Of a stretch of 64,000 nt of DNA, positions 28,378 through 37,244 are shown in pieces. The notes beneath the pieces were generated by a model. That model saw nothing but the letters and a program-made list of their open reading frames with translations, made no database searches and had not been told where the DNA came from. Positions within the stretch are counted from its first letter, which is position 1; the number at the start of each line of letters is the position of its first letter. The DNA is from an uncultured virus (IMG/VR IMGVR_UViG_3300028608_000013). Lineage: Duplodnaviria; Heunggongvirae; Uroviricota; Caudoviricetes. The stretch lies in IMG/VR virus record IMGVR_UViG_3300028608_000013; one strand, written 5' to 3'. The position numbers were made by a program, and so were the translations under genes.

Positions 28378-28697
28378 GCAGTTACTTCCTTATCAGTTGA
28401 TTTGGTTTTGAAGCCATCTTTGTCGCCAATCTTTCTTAAGCGATGTTCATAAACACCGGTATGGTCATGCTTGTGATAACCCTGAGCCATTGTCCAGGAC
28501 CAGAGATCCTCGCCGCTTACAATCCAGCCATCTTCAGAGATGCACTGATAACGGGAACCCCTGAACTCTAGATGCCCAGAGTTAGCAGGAACAAACTTTT
28601 CGAGTGTGACAGCCCGCCCAAGATTATTCTCAGTATGAGCTTGATTGCTAGTTACAATGATACAAATGTCGCCAGGTTTTAATCCGCGCTTGCTCAT
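28374..28697 (-). CDS. Small beta-rich (SH3/KOW-like) protein, probable paralog of 28999-29319
   Basis: LKPGDICII...VTL..FV...DGWIVSGEDL resembles FKVHDKVIV...VEL..YV...GGWIVTAQDL. Confidence 0.6.
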   Translation of the reverse strand: MSKRGLKPGDICIIVTSNQAHTENNLGRAVTLEKFVPANSGHLEFRGSRYQCISEDGWIVSGEDLWSWTMAQGYHKHDHTGVYEHRLRKIGDKDGFKTKSTDKEVTA

Positions 28698-28708
28698 ACA
28701 TCGCCCTA

Positions 28709-28730
28709 GTAATGTAGGTTTGTAAAAAAT
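28709..28730 (-). promoter_or_regulatory. Phage early-type promoter
   Basis: TTTTACA-AAC-CTACATTAC on the minus strand. Confidence 0.6.
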
Positions 28731-28785
28731 TAAAAAGTATGTGAACAGCACTACCCCCTAGGCGAGCCTAGAGAGTAGTACCGCA

Positions 28786-28938
28786 CTATCCCCAGATCCA
28801 ATTAAGGAACCGTTTCAGTAGGCTTGGTTTTGTTGCAGGTCGTCCGACCCCTTTAATGTAACGTTGATAGTCTGCACTCCCGTTAGAGGAATACATGCTA
28901 GCAGGAAGGGGAGAGATAATACGCCGATTGTTAACCAC
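28786..28938 (-). CDS. Small protein, 50 aa (not in the ORF track)
   Basis: GTG start with AAGGA RBS: MVNNRRIISPLPASMYSSNGSADYQRYIKGVGRPATKPSLLKRFLNWIWG; hairpin at 28750-28779 follows. Confidence 0.5.
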   Translation of the reverse strand: MVNNRRIISPLPASMYSSNGSADYQRYIKGVGRPATKPSLLKRFLNWIWG

Positions 28939-28998
28939 TGGTGTAAATCCTTTTTAATGCGGGGTAAGGGATAAAATAGCCTCAGCAGTAAAACAATG

Positions 28999-29319
28999 TT
29001 AGGCTGCGGCCATGTAGCGGTTGCTGCTCACGTTACGCTTTGGGACGAAGGCAATTTCCTCCGCTCCAAGTTCACGGATATCAGAAGGCTTCACCAAGGC
29101 GAAGTCGCTGATGATCTCACCACGGAAGTTGGTCTTGTGGATCAGGTCTTGTGCAGTTACGATCCAACCACCCTCGTTACCGGCGGTGAAGTTGCTGTCG
29201 TAGTGGAACACGGTGTTACCAGGTTGTACATACGCTACCAGCTCAACCAGGCGGTTGGCGTTAACGCTTTCTTCGTTTGCCACAATTACTTTGTCGTGGA
29301 CTTTGAATGCTGTAGTCAT
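28999..29319 (-). CDS. Small beta-rich protein, probable paralog of 28374-28697
   Basis: AAGGA RBS; shared pattern. Confidence 0.65.
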   Translation of the reverse strand: MTTAFKVHDKVIVANEESVNANRLVELVAYVQPGNTVFHYDSNFTAGNEGGWIVTAQDLIHKTNFRGEIISDFALVKPSDIRELGAEEIAFVPKRNVSSNRYMAAA

Positions 29320-29424
29320 GATTTTGTTCCTTCAAAATGAGTTAATGTATTGTGTGTTACAAAAGGGTTTGGTGCTAATAAAAAATAAGGGGATCCGAAG
29401 ACCCCCTTTACAGCTACGGCCGTG

Positions 29425-30567
29425 TTACATGCCGAAGAAGCCAACAGAACCTTGCGGTGCAGCAGGCTGAGCTTCGAGCTTGGCAGGTGCCGGCTCCGAG
29501 TTGTTCATTTCGATCAGGCTGTTGCCAGGCATCAGGCTGCGACCCAGTGCAGAACCGCCTGCACCGAATGCCAGGCCAACCAGACCACCAGCAACATAAC
29601 GACCGAACTGGCTTTCGACCATGTTGTCAACTTGCTCACCGGCGAAGAACGCACCGATGCCGCCGACCACAGTGCCGATACCCGAACCAACGGTCAGACC
29701 GCCGCGAGCCATCATTTCCATGCCGCCACCGATCACCGCCGAACCTGCTGCAATCCAGCTGGTACGGATGCCTTCGTCACGATCACCCATCAGGCTGTAA
29801 CGCGACTTGTCGGAGTACTGGGAACCGTCAGTTGGTTGGTTTGCCGAGCACCAGCGCACAAAGCCCTGGACCATTGGCGAACCAACTTCTTCACCCAGGC
29901 CTTCACCGAAGATCACGAAGTTCTCATCGAACGACTTGGTCTGGTCGGCGGTGGCCAGGAATGCGCCCCACTGAGCAGTCAGGTCTGGCGAGGTAGCAAT
30001 GTAGCCAGCCCAGCCTTCAGCACGCAGCGCAGGGGTGGTGCGACCAACAAGACCCATGGCCAGCTCGAAACCCTTTACGGAGTCAGCGGTGTTCAGGGTG
30101 GTATCGTTTACTTTTGCGTTCATGTTGTTTTCCTCGGAAGTGTTGGAAGTAGTGTTGGAGTTGGTTTGACCGGCTTGGTCAGGAGCAGAGGTTTCTGCGT
30201 TGTTGGTTTGCTGCTGGTGCAAATGCTCGCCAACCAGACCGTCCTTCGCGAACGAAGCTTCAGCTGGTTGGCCGGAGACATTGACCTGTGCAGTACCGGT
30301 CAGTTCTTGCACCTTAACTGGTGCAGGTTCTTTACGGTACTCTTCGGCTTTCTTGACCTGGTTAAAGGACCATTTAGTGCCGAGCTGGCTATTCACCAGT
30401 TGAAGCACAGGCTGCCGATCACGAGTGTGAACTTGAGCCTGATCGAGCATCACCGATTTAAGGTAAGCCAACAACATGGCTTCCGGTGCACCTTCAGCAC
30501 GAAGATTGGTAACTACCGCTACCAACATGTCGGCGGTTTGTTTAACTTGCTCGTTCTGAGTGTTCAT
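29425..30567 (-). CDS. Early membrane protein with C-terminal glycine-zipper helices
   Basis: GSGIGTVVGGIGAFFAG and VAGGLVGLAFGAGG (GxxxG); own promoter and terminator (about 29386-29409). Confidence 0.75.
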   Translation of the reverse strand: MNTQNEQVKQTADMLVAVVTNLRAEGAPEAMLLAYLKSVMLDQAQVHTRDRQPVLQLVNSQLGTKWSFNQVKKAEEYRKEPAPVKVQELTGTAQVNVSGQPAEASFAKDGLVGEHLHQQQTNNAETSAPDQAGQTNSNTTSNTSEENNMNAKVNDTTLNTADSVKGFELAMGLVGRTTPALRAEGWAGYIATSPDLTAQWGAFLATADQTKSFDENFVIFGEGLGEEVGSPMVQGFVRWCSANQPTDGSQYSDKSRYSLMGDRDEGIRTSWIAAGSAVIGGGMEMMARGGLTVGSGIGTVVGGIGAFFAGEQVDNMVESQFGRYVAGGLVGLAFGAGGSALGRSLMPGNSLIEMNNSEPAPAKLEAQPAAPQGSVGFFGM

Positions 30568-30636
30568 AGCGGTACTCCTATCAAGTGGGTTCGATTATCC
30601 GTCAATGCGAATAATCTTTATTGAATAATCACACAG

Positions 30637-30670
30637 GTAATATAGACGTGAAACTAACTGTATCTTAAAT
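30637..30670 (-). promoter_or_regulatory. Phage early-type promoter (best consensus match)
   Basis: ATTTAAGATA-N8-TTCA-CGT-CTATATTAC; same layout as 7039-7072. Confidence 0.8.
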
Positions 30671-30677
30671 TTCTACA

Positions 30678-30818
30678 TTACCGTTGTATGGCACTATTAA
30701 TGCCCCGAGAGATATATCGGGAACTGCCTTCGAGTTCAGTGTCGCTTACAAACACAACAGCTGTGACACAGGAGCTTATAATGCAGACTAAGCCCACCAG
30801 GATAAATACATGTTTCAT
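30678..30818 (-). CDS. Small hydrophobic peptide, 46 aa (not in the ORF track)
   Basis: MKHVFILVGLVCIISSCVTAVVFVSDTELEGSSRYISRGINSAIQR; GGAG RBS; promoter motif upstream. Confidence 0.6.
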   Translation of the reverse strand: MKHVFILVGLVCIISSCVTAVVFVSDTELEGSSRYISRGINSAIQR

Positions 30819-30858
30819 ATTAGGACTCCCAAGAGAACTATGTTGAATATACACACGA

Positions 30859-30891
30859 ATGATGTAGTCCTGAAATAAGCTGTAAATTAAA
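30859..30891 (-). promoter_or_regulatory. Phage early-type promoter (variant)
   Basis: TTTAATTTA-N8-TTCA-GGA-CTACATCAT on the minus strand. Confidence 0.6.
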
Positions 30892-30908
30892 ATGCAAAAA
30901 ATAAAGGT

Positions 30909-30950
30909 AGTCTACTCCTACTCCCTTGACGGGGAGTAGGAGTAGTACCG
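30909..30950 (-). terminator. Intrinsic terminator
   Basis: CTACTCCTACTCCC...GGGAGTAGGAGTAG stem with an A-tract on the left. Confidence 0.75.
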
Positions 30951-30952
30951 GG

Positions 30953-31402
30953 TTACACTTTCTTTGGTTTCTTGATGCCGAACTGCTCGTTGTTGAAAAT
31001 CAACGTACGACCACCCCACTCAGAAAAAGCCTGATTGACTGCGAGGATGTCATACTTGTCGAAGTCATACTTCAACGACATGTGGAACAAAGGCGTACCG
31101 TACGAATGCTCGTAACCTTCATTCTTCAAGCGGCGGAACTCTTCCAGCATATCGACACTGGTAAGCTTGAACACCAACCCATCGCCCAAGGTTTGCAGGG
31201 CAATGATGTTCGCCTTGAATTCCTGGGACGCTGGGGCCAGACTGCACAACGGCTTAACAATATCGCGATCGTCGTACATCATGGTGCAATGCAGCTCGTG
31301 CTTCGCCTCTGGAGGAATACCTGCCAGAATCAACGTCGAGATAACCTCAGCCTGCATCTCGCTCCTGAGCTGCACACTGATGTAGCTGTAATTCAATTCC
31401 AT
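30953..31402 (-). CDS. acb1: 2H phosphoesterase, anti-CBASS Acb1-like (T4 gp57B family)
   Basis: 149 aa with two 2H motifs, ELHCTMMY and FHMSLKY; the intervening LVFKLTS...G..HSY pattern parallels Acb1. Confidence 0.72.
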   Translation of the reverse strand: MELNYSYISVQLRSEMQAEVISTLILAGIPPEAKHELHCTMMYDDRDIVKPLCSLAPASQEFKANIIALQTLGDGLVFKLTSVDMLEEFRRLKNEGYEHSYGTPLFHMSLKYDFDKYDILAVNQAFSEWGGRTLIFNNEQFGIKKPKKV

Positions 31403-31406
31403 GTGA

Positions 31407-31574
31407 CTAGTCCTTGATACGTTTGACTTCCACGCGTACCATGGTCTTACCAGAACCAACGCGTGCCCTCAAACGATGGCAGGCGGCCTTAATCGAAGCA
31501 GCCCAAACTTCATCGTCAGGGATACGGTGCGAATAAAGGTCTTCTTCGATTTCAAACAGGTACTTGCTTTCCAT
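31407..31574 (-). CDS. Small protein, 55 aa (not in the ORF track)
   Basis: MESKYLFEIEEDLYSHRIPDDEVWAASIKAACHRLRARVGSGKTMVRVEVKRIKD; fills the gap in the operon. Confidence 0.55.
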   Translation of the reverse strand: MESKYLFEIEEDLYSHRIPDDEVWAASIKAACHRLRARVGSGKTMVRVEVKRIKD

Positions 31575-31586
31575 GAGATTTAACTC

Positions 31587-31874
31587 TTAATTAGCGAGTG
31601 GACGAATGTAGAACTCTTCTACTTCCGTGCCCTGGGAGAATGGAACTTCATCGTGCTCTGCGACAGATGCACGTACAATGAAACCATTGCGCACTTCAAT
31701 ACGCAACTTGGTCAGCTCTGGCTTACCGGTGTCACGGCATACGTATACCAGCGGACCACCCATGACACCCAGGATGTTTTCCAGGGCATGAGTATCTACC
31801 TTATCCGCTACGTCCTTACCGATCTCCTTATACCGCCAGATACCAGCATGGCGAAAGAACTTGACTGCCCGCAT
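31587..31874 (-). CDS. Hypothetical protein
   Basis: 95 aa; abuts the DHH gene. Confidence 0.6.
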   Translation of the reverse strand: MRAVKFFRHAGIWRYKEIGKDVADKVDTHALENILGVMGGPLVYVCRDTGKPELTKLRIEVRNGFIVRASVAEHDEVPFSQGTEVEEFYIRPLAN

Positions 31875-32798
31875 TTATTTCTTCCTTAGTAGCAGTTTCA
31901 ACCCCAGGATTGGGTTCATTGCGAAAGCCATGATTTTGTCACGAAGTGAGTAGTCGAGTACTTCATGACTGCGCTTGAAGCGCTTGTCGTCGTAACGGAT
32001 GGTGAAACCGGATGCATCGGCGTGCCCGCCACCGCCAAAGTATTCAGCGATCTTGGAAACGTCCATGCGACCCTTCTGGCAGCGGATGGAGTACTTGCGA
32101 CCTTTCGGCAGGTCCATGTAGACCAGCGCGAACGGATAATCCTTGGAGAGGATATGTCCCAGGTCTGACGCAAAGAAGATGTTGGCGTTGACCACCGGAA
32201 CCTCGTAGCCCAGGCACTTCATCATGCGAGCGTTCATCGACACGCGGTCGGTGTCCTGTTCGTGCTTACGCAGCAGGATACGACCTTCAGCGACGAGGTC
32301 CAGCGGATCGGTGTTCATCAGCGCGTCGAACTGTTCGACGTTGAACGGATAGGAGAAGGCCGCGGTTACCCAGTAATTGGTGTTAGGGTATTTGAACTTC
32401 CACAGGTCACGGTCTTCAACGTACAGCAAACCTTCTGGCGGAGGAGTATGGTTGAAATACTTCCAGGCCAGCATAGCACCGGAATGACTCTCATCGATAA
32501 CAAAGAGCCCTTCGAGGTTTTTCTTCGCGGTGGTGTGGTGATCCAGAACAACCACGTCGTGCGCACGTTCCAGCAGTTCCAGCATGACGTCACGTGGATA
32601 GCTGAAGTCCACCACGTAAACCATCTTCCCGTCGACATTCGGCAGCTTGTTGTTATACGCAGCAGCCACCAACTCGATCTTGATACCGAGGTTCTTAAAG
32701 TGACGCCACACAACCCACGCAGCGCCTACGCCGTCCAGGCAGTCCTTGTGATAGATACACAGAACTGGTTTAAGCTCCATATCGGTATTCAAAGCCAT
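31875..32798 (-). CDS. DHH/DHHA1 phosphoesterase
   Basis: YHxDCLDG, VDFS, LDHH, DRDLW and GGGGHADASG motifs. Confidence 0.9.
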   Translation of the reverse strand: MALNTDMELKPVLCIYHKDCLDGVGAAWVVWRHFKNLGIKIELVAAAYNNKLPNVDGKMVYVVDFSYPRDVMLELLERAHDVVVLDHHTTAKKNLEGLFVIDESHSGAMLAWKYFNHTPPPEGLLYVEDRDLWKFKYPNTNYWVTAAFSYPFNVEQFDALMNTDPLDLVAEGRILLRKHEQDTDRVSMNARMMKCLGYEVPVVNANIFFASDLGHILSKDYPFALVYMDLPKGRKYSIRCQKGRMDVSKIAEYFGGGGHADASGFTIRYDDKRFKRSHEVLDYSLRDKIMAFAMNPILGLKLLLRKK

Positions 32799-32825
32799 TG
32801 CCCCACGTCCCCTAATGATAGTTGT

Positions 32826-33107
32826 TTATCGTGCGTACTTCGAAAAGAGCTTTTGTGCGCTACCGTCAGCAATGGCCTCATCAACGGCCATATCCAAACG
32901 CATGCTGTAGAGCTGTTCCTGCGTCAGTGGAAGAGGAGACGGCACGGTCTTCGTCACCACGATGCGCTGGATACAGCGAGAGAAGCGGTGCTCAGCCACT
33001 TGCGTCATGCTTTTACTGTTACCACGACCTAGAGTCATGTCGCGGAAATGGGTAACGATACCATTCAGGAACACGACATATTTAAACGCGCACTTAGTAT
33101 CGGACAT
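32826..33107 (-). CDS. Hypothetical protein
   Basis: 93 aa; operon packing. Confidence 0.55.
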   Translation of the reverse strand: MSDTKCAFKYVVFLNGIVTHFRDMTLGRGNSKSMTQVAEHRFSRCIQRIVVTKTVPSPLPLTQEQLYSMRLDMAVDEAIADGSAQKLFSKYAR

Positions 33108-33112
33108 TTTGA

Positions 33113-33595
33113 TTACCCCAAGAAGCCTTCGTCGATTTCCGTCGGATTGTTAGCCGCCGCTACCGCCAGCTTGTCCGCCAATTCGTTGTCTGGTACACCG
33201 GTATGACCCTTGACCCAGAAGAACTTGATCTTGTTAGCTTTAAGCAAAGGAGCTGCTCGCTGCCACAGGTCTTTGTTCTTCACCGGTTCCTGGGTCTTCC
33301 AGGTAATCCAGTTGCTTCGTTGCCAACTGCTGATCCACTTGGTGGCGCCGTTGATCACGTACATCGAGTCCGTTGTGATCTCAAACAACACACCCGGCTT
33401 AGCAAACTCCTCGAGAGCTGTAATCACCCCGAGCAGTTCCATACGGTTGTTAGTCGTACGCTTGTAACCCTTCGAGAGTGTGACAACCTCGTCTCCGCAT
33501 CTCGCTACAATCCCATAACCTCCAGGACCTGGGTTACCCAGCGCACTGCCATCCGTATGCACCTTGTAGGTAATAGGGGGTTCTTTCTTGCTCAT
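33113..33595 (-). CDS. rnhA: Ribonuclease HI
   Basis: TDGSALGNPGPGG, TTNNRMEL, TDS, WVKGH and NELADKLA motifs. Confidence 0.95.
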   Translation of the reverse strand: MSKKEPPITYKVHTDGSALGNPGPGGYGIVARCGDEVVTLSKGYKRTTNNRMELLGVITALEEFAKPGVLFEITTDSMYVINGATKWISSWQRSNWITWKTQEPVKNKDLWQRAAPLLKANKIKFFWVKGHTGVPDNELADKLAVAAANNPTEIDEGFLG

Positions 33596-33648
33596 AACGA
33601 TTCTCTTGAACCAACCCCAGGGTTAGTGGGGTTGGCTATGGCTAAGGA

Positions 33649-35073
33649 TTAAAACGGTCGGGAGTAATCGCCGAAATCGTCTTCGTAGTTCTCACGGTAG
33701 CTTTCACCGGTAACCACGCGCGCTGTGTTCACAGCACTGTCCAACATCGTGATCACACGCAGACGCGAACGAATCGACTGCACTACATAATGGATCAGGT
33801 TGTTGACAACCGGGTCTTTCATGTCCGGATCGAGTGGGTTGTGGTAGCTCGAATCACGCAGTACTTCACGCACCTTGGTGTCGATCTCTTCAAGTGTTGC
33901 GGTCAGCGGAAGATCAACCGGTTGACGATAGCCGATGGTGATACCGAACTTCGTCAAGGTTTCACGACGCATGGACATGTGATCATGCGGCAGGTCGATC
34001 TTCATGGTGCAGAACTTGTTGGGGATGTACAACGCCTTCTCGCTGAGAGACTCATCCTTCATGACCGTGTTCACAATCAACACTGGTCCGGTCGAAGGAA
34101 TGCGAGTGTCGCTCAGGGTAGCAAACTTCAGCTTCGCCCGATGGGCTTTGATCGTGCAGTTCTTCAACCGCGATTGATCTGCCAGGAAACCTTCGCTTGC
34201 TTTGATCGAGCTGTCGTCGACCGTGGTGTCACGCAGGTTAACCGGATCGGTTATGGTGCTGTTGTAGACCGACGAGCGGTAGAGCGTCGAATAGCGCAAT
34301 TCCTGGCGCTTGGCAGTGTGCGAGGTGAGCCAAGGCGCAAACCCACGGGAAGGGTCGTAGTGGCGTGGTTGTGAACTGACGGTCGAGCTATTGAAATGGC
34401 AGTTACGTGTCGACTGATTTTCCAGCAGCACTTCACCGTAGAACACGTCAAGGGCGCTGTCAGTGTTCAGCAGTACTACCTGATTAACACCGCTGCGAGA
34501 GTAGTCCGGGTAGTTCGGCCCGCGGTGGTAGTTCCCACCAGCACCCAGTTGGCACGAGGACTTCTCATCCAGAAGCAGGTGCAGTTTCACACCGTCAAGT
34601 TCGACAGCGTAATAGGTGAAGGTACGAGCGAGAGGCATGCCTTTGACGTCAGTCGCCCCCCGGTGGTTGAGCCAGAAGGTGTGACCGTTCTGCATCGACA
34701 TCCGACCAGCTTCAGGGATATTTTCCTGAGTCGGTTCAACCAGAGCGCCGTTCAGCATAACCCACGGTGTTTTCAGTTGAGCCAGTTCTTCTTTGGTGTA
34801 GTACTTGGTACCTTCAAGCCCCTGCCACGGATTGAGACCCTTCTTGATGCGATCAACTGCATCGGCCACCGATTCCTTAATGGCCGGCGAATACGGGCCC
34901 ACACCTTTAGGCTTGTCGGCAGTGGCCATCGGCTTTACAGATTTAGGCTTATCCGCAGAAACACCTTTGCCTTTTTCGGCAGTAGCTTCAGTCGGTTTAG
35001 GCGCTTTGGCCACTTGTTCACCTTTAACGCTGTCTTCGATTGCATTTACTTTCTTTTCAGTTGCGGTGGTCAT
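33649..35073 (-). CDS. Hypothetical protein with a low-complexity N-terminus and a beta-helix-like central region
   Basis: K/A/P-rich N-terminus; roughly 5-residue periodicity (YSTLY RSSVY NSTIT, DTTVD DSSIK). Confidence 0.65.
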   Translation of the reverse strand: MTTATEKKVNAIEDSVKGEQVAKAPKPTEATAEKGKGVSADKPKSVKPMATADKPKGVGPYSPAIKESVADAVDRIKKGLNPWQGLEGTKYYTKEELAQLKTPWVMLNGALVEPTQENIPEAGRMSMQNGHTFWLNHRGATDVKGMPLARTFTYYAVELDGVKLHLLLDEKSSCQLGAGGNYHRGPNYPDYSRSGVNQVVLLNTDSALDVFYGEVLLENQSTRNCHFNSSTVSSQPRHYDPSRGFAPWLTSHTAKRQELRYSTLYRSSVYNSTITDPVNLRDTTVDDSSIKASEGFLADQSRLKNCTIKAHRAKLKFATLSDTRIPSTGPVLIVNTVMKDESLSEKALYIPNKFCTMKIDLPHDHMSMRRETLTKFGITIGYRQPVDLPLTATLEEIDTKVREVLRDSSYHNPLDPDMKDPVVNNLIHYVVQSIRSRLRVITMLDSAVNTARVVTGESYRENYEDDFGDYSRPF

Positions 35074-35154
35074 GAGTTTACGTCCCTTGGTTATAGTTGC
35101 CTAAACTGGAAACCCTGGCGTGTTTACCATAAAGATACCCAGCACAGTTTTGTT

Positions 35155-35445
35155 TCATGCTTCGTTGATATGATCCAAAAGGTGTTGAGCCTCCTGGATT
35201 ACTTTCCCATTATTGCAGAACCCACAGCTTACCCGTAGACACTCGTTGCACAGCACCCTGCCATTACGGATGCTGATGTCATTCTGTTCCAGCAGGATAC
35301 CCAATTGGATCTTGTCGATCTCTTCAGGAGAAGGATGGTCATCGATCCCCATCAATCGATCTAACCATTTCCAAGGACCGGATACCAGTTCAATGAAATA
35401 GACAAGGCAACCCACGCTTAATAACGCCGGAATAATTGGATCCAT
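35155..35445 (-). CDS. Small membrane protein with a CxxC-CxxC motif
   Basis: N-terminal hydrophobic segment; CNECLRVSCGFC. Confidence 0.55.
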   Translation of the reverse strand: MDPIIPALLSVGCLVYFIELVSGPWKWLDRLMGIDDHPSPEEIDKIQLGILLEQNDISIRNGRVLCNECLRVSCGFCNNGKVIQEAQHLLDHINEA

Positions 35446-35517
35446 TGTTGTTACCTAAAAACCAAAATGCGTAATAGTGGATTAGGCACTGGGGAGTCAC
35501 CCACCAATGCCTAATCG

Positions 35518-35982
35518 TCAGGATGCAACTTTGTTACGGAGGGCCAGCAAGTCGTTCAGAATCCGTATATCACGGAAGTCTTTTGCCCGTTGTTCTTCTG
35601 GGCGTTCTGGTTCGATGTAACTGGAACGCTTGTGCAGCAGTAGCGTCAGTTCATCGAACACTTCAACACCGCCATCCAACGTACGGCTCTTGAAGTAATG
35701 ATTACGGCGGCGTACGTAGAGTTCGGTATCGGGAATGTGCACTACCGAATCACGCAGCGGGTGTACAAGGACCTTGTGATCTTCAGCCAGTCGCTCGAAG
35801 TACGGCGAGTTGACCCACACGTTGATATCACGTGCTTCATCGCTGAGTTCCATCATCACCATGGCGGCGCTACCACCAAGGCACATGTGATAAGCCGGAA
35901 CCCCTAGGGAGTTCAGCATAGCCAGTTGTTTCAGGATACGTTGCTGGGCGGCCAGCCATACGTCGGGTTCTGGTGTAAACAT
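35518..35982 (-). CDS. Nucleotidyltransferase-like protein with a degenerate motif
   Basis: LGGSAAMVMM...ARDINV (DxD changed to DxN); paralog of the next gene. Confidence 0.6.
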   Translation of the reverse strand: MFTPEPDVWLAAQQRILKQLAMLNSLGVPAYHMCLGGSAAMVMMELSDEARDINVWVNSPYFERLAEDHKVLVHPLRDSVVHIPDTELYVRRRNHYFKSRTLDGGVEVFDELTLLLHKRSSYIEPERPEEQRAKDFRDIRILNDLLALRNKVAS

Positions 35983-35991
35983 AATACTTCC

Positions 35992-36429
35992 TTAAACAGC
36001 TTTGGCGGTGAATTTAGTTATATGACCCATGGATATCAGGAGTGCGACTTCAACTTCGTCTCGCACCAGTTTACCGATACCCCGACAAGGAGCCCTGGTC
36101 AGTGTGCGCTTTTGCATGATCAGTTCACGTGGACTGTAAACCCACACGCCTTCAATGCAGACCCTACCCCGGTCTTCATCAAGTTCATGCAGTCCTACAG
36201 TGTCCGAGTAAACTACCCGATCAGCAAGCCCTTCATTTTTGAGCACAGTCCGATTGATCGCCGCCCACTTCCATACCCCTGGCAGTACATCTACGTCCAA
36301 ATCGGAAGTCTCGTCACGGATGCCCATCATTACAGCAGCAGCTCCCGCGCTCAGTACTACGTCGTGTGCGTTTTCTCCCAGCTCATGAACCAACGTCTTG
36401 TACTGTGCAATCACGTCGTCCTTTTTCAT
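35992..36429 (-). CDS. Minimal nucleotidyltransferase (Pol-beta superfamily-like)
   Basis: VVLSAGAAAVMMGIRDETSDLDV fits the G-x-A..G.R.T.DxD pattern. Confidence 0.65.
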   Translation of the reverse strand: MKKDDVIAQYKTLVHELGENAHDVVLSAGAAAVMMGIRDETSDLDVDVLPGVWKWAAINRTVLKNEGLADRVVYSDTVGLHELDEDRGRVCIEGVWVYSPRELIMQKRTLTRAPCRGIGKLVRDEVEVALLISMGHITKFTAKAV

Positions 36430-36856
36430 GACCCATACTCAATTGTTGAAAGTTTATTAAGTGGGAACTGACGTCCCTTAGTTTGGCGAACATCTGCGTG
36501 ATATCCAAAGGATTCACGTTCTTTCTTATAAAGTCGTCGAATGGTGAATTGACGACAAAACCTTCAAATGCATAGCGAAGGAATTCTTGGCTATACAGGG
36601 CGTTTTCATTCCAGCGTTTGGGGCGTTCCGCAAACGTCTGTTTCGACACAAGCGACAGGGGCACTTGGTCTAGAATTAGTAGCGATCCATCGCTAGTGAG
36701 TCGCTTCCCGATCGAGAAGTGTAGACGACCGTTATCCTTGATAAGACCCAGCTCCACCAGAACCTTTTGCCCAGCCAACGCGAATTGCGTCACCACTGGT
36801 TCAAAAGGTTCTGTAAACTGGTCAGGGTCCGTTTTAAAGAACCGTATTACGTTCAT
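36383..36856 (-). CDS. Hypothetical protein
   Basis: Likely start MNVIRFF at 36856. Confidence 0.55.
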   Translation of the reverse strand: MNVIRFFKTDPDQFTEPFEPVVTQFALAGQKVLVELGLIKDNGRLHFSIGKRLTSDGSLLILDQVPLSLVSKQTFAERPKRWNENALYSQEFLRYAFEGFVVNSPFDDFIRKNVNPLDITQMFAKLRDVSSHLINFQQLSMGHEKGRRDCTVQDVGS

Positions 36857-36863
36857 GGCGTAC

Positions 36864-37145
36864 TCAATGAAGGGTGGCGACAGCGGAACCCAGGTAACGG
36901 GCGATGTTCTCGACCGTAGCCATGTCCTGCGCGGTAGCACCCAGGTTGAGCATGTGGTACGAGACTACGGTATTACCCATCTCGTCGAAGGTAACAACCG
37001 CTTGGTTCATGCCAGCAAAGTTGATGATGGCAGTTTTACCGCTGATGTCGTAGTTGTAGGTCACTACCGCCAGACCCAAACCTTGGTTATGGGGCGAGTA
37101 GGAACCGTCGAGGTTTTGCATGATTGGGATTTGTGCACTTTGCAT
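36864..37145 (-). CDS. Hypothetical early protein
   Basis: Likely start MQSAQIP; first gene after a promoter motif. Confidence 0.6.
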   Translation of the reverse strand: MQSAQIPIMQNLDGSYSPHNQGLGLAVVTYNYDISGKTAIINFAGMNQAVVTFDEMGNTVVSYHMLNLGATAQDMATVENIARYLGSAVATLH

Positions 37146-37244
37146 GGTCGTTATCTCTTCCAGAAGTTGTAGGCTTTCATAAGCAGGGTCTTGCAGTACG
37201 AATACAACCAAAAGAGACAACGACACTTATGTCTCTACCACTTA

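Noticed and set aside
28740..28998. Possible tRNA or ncRNA in the apparent intergenic gap
   Set aside because: No cloverleaf or T-loop; the gap is explained by a 50-aa ORF plus a hairpin.
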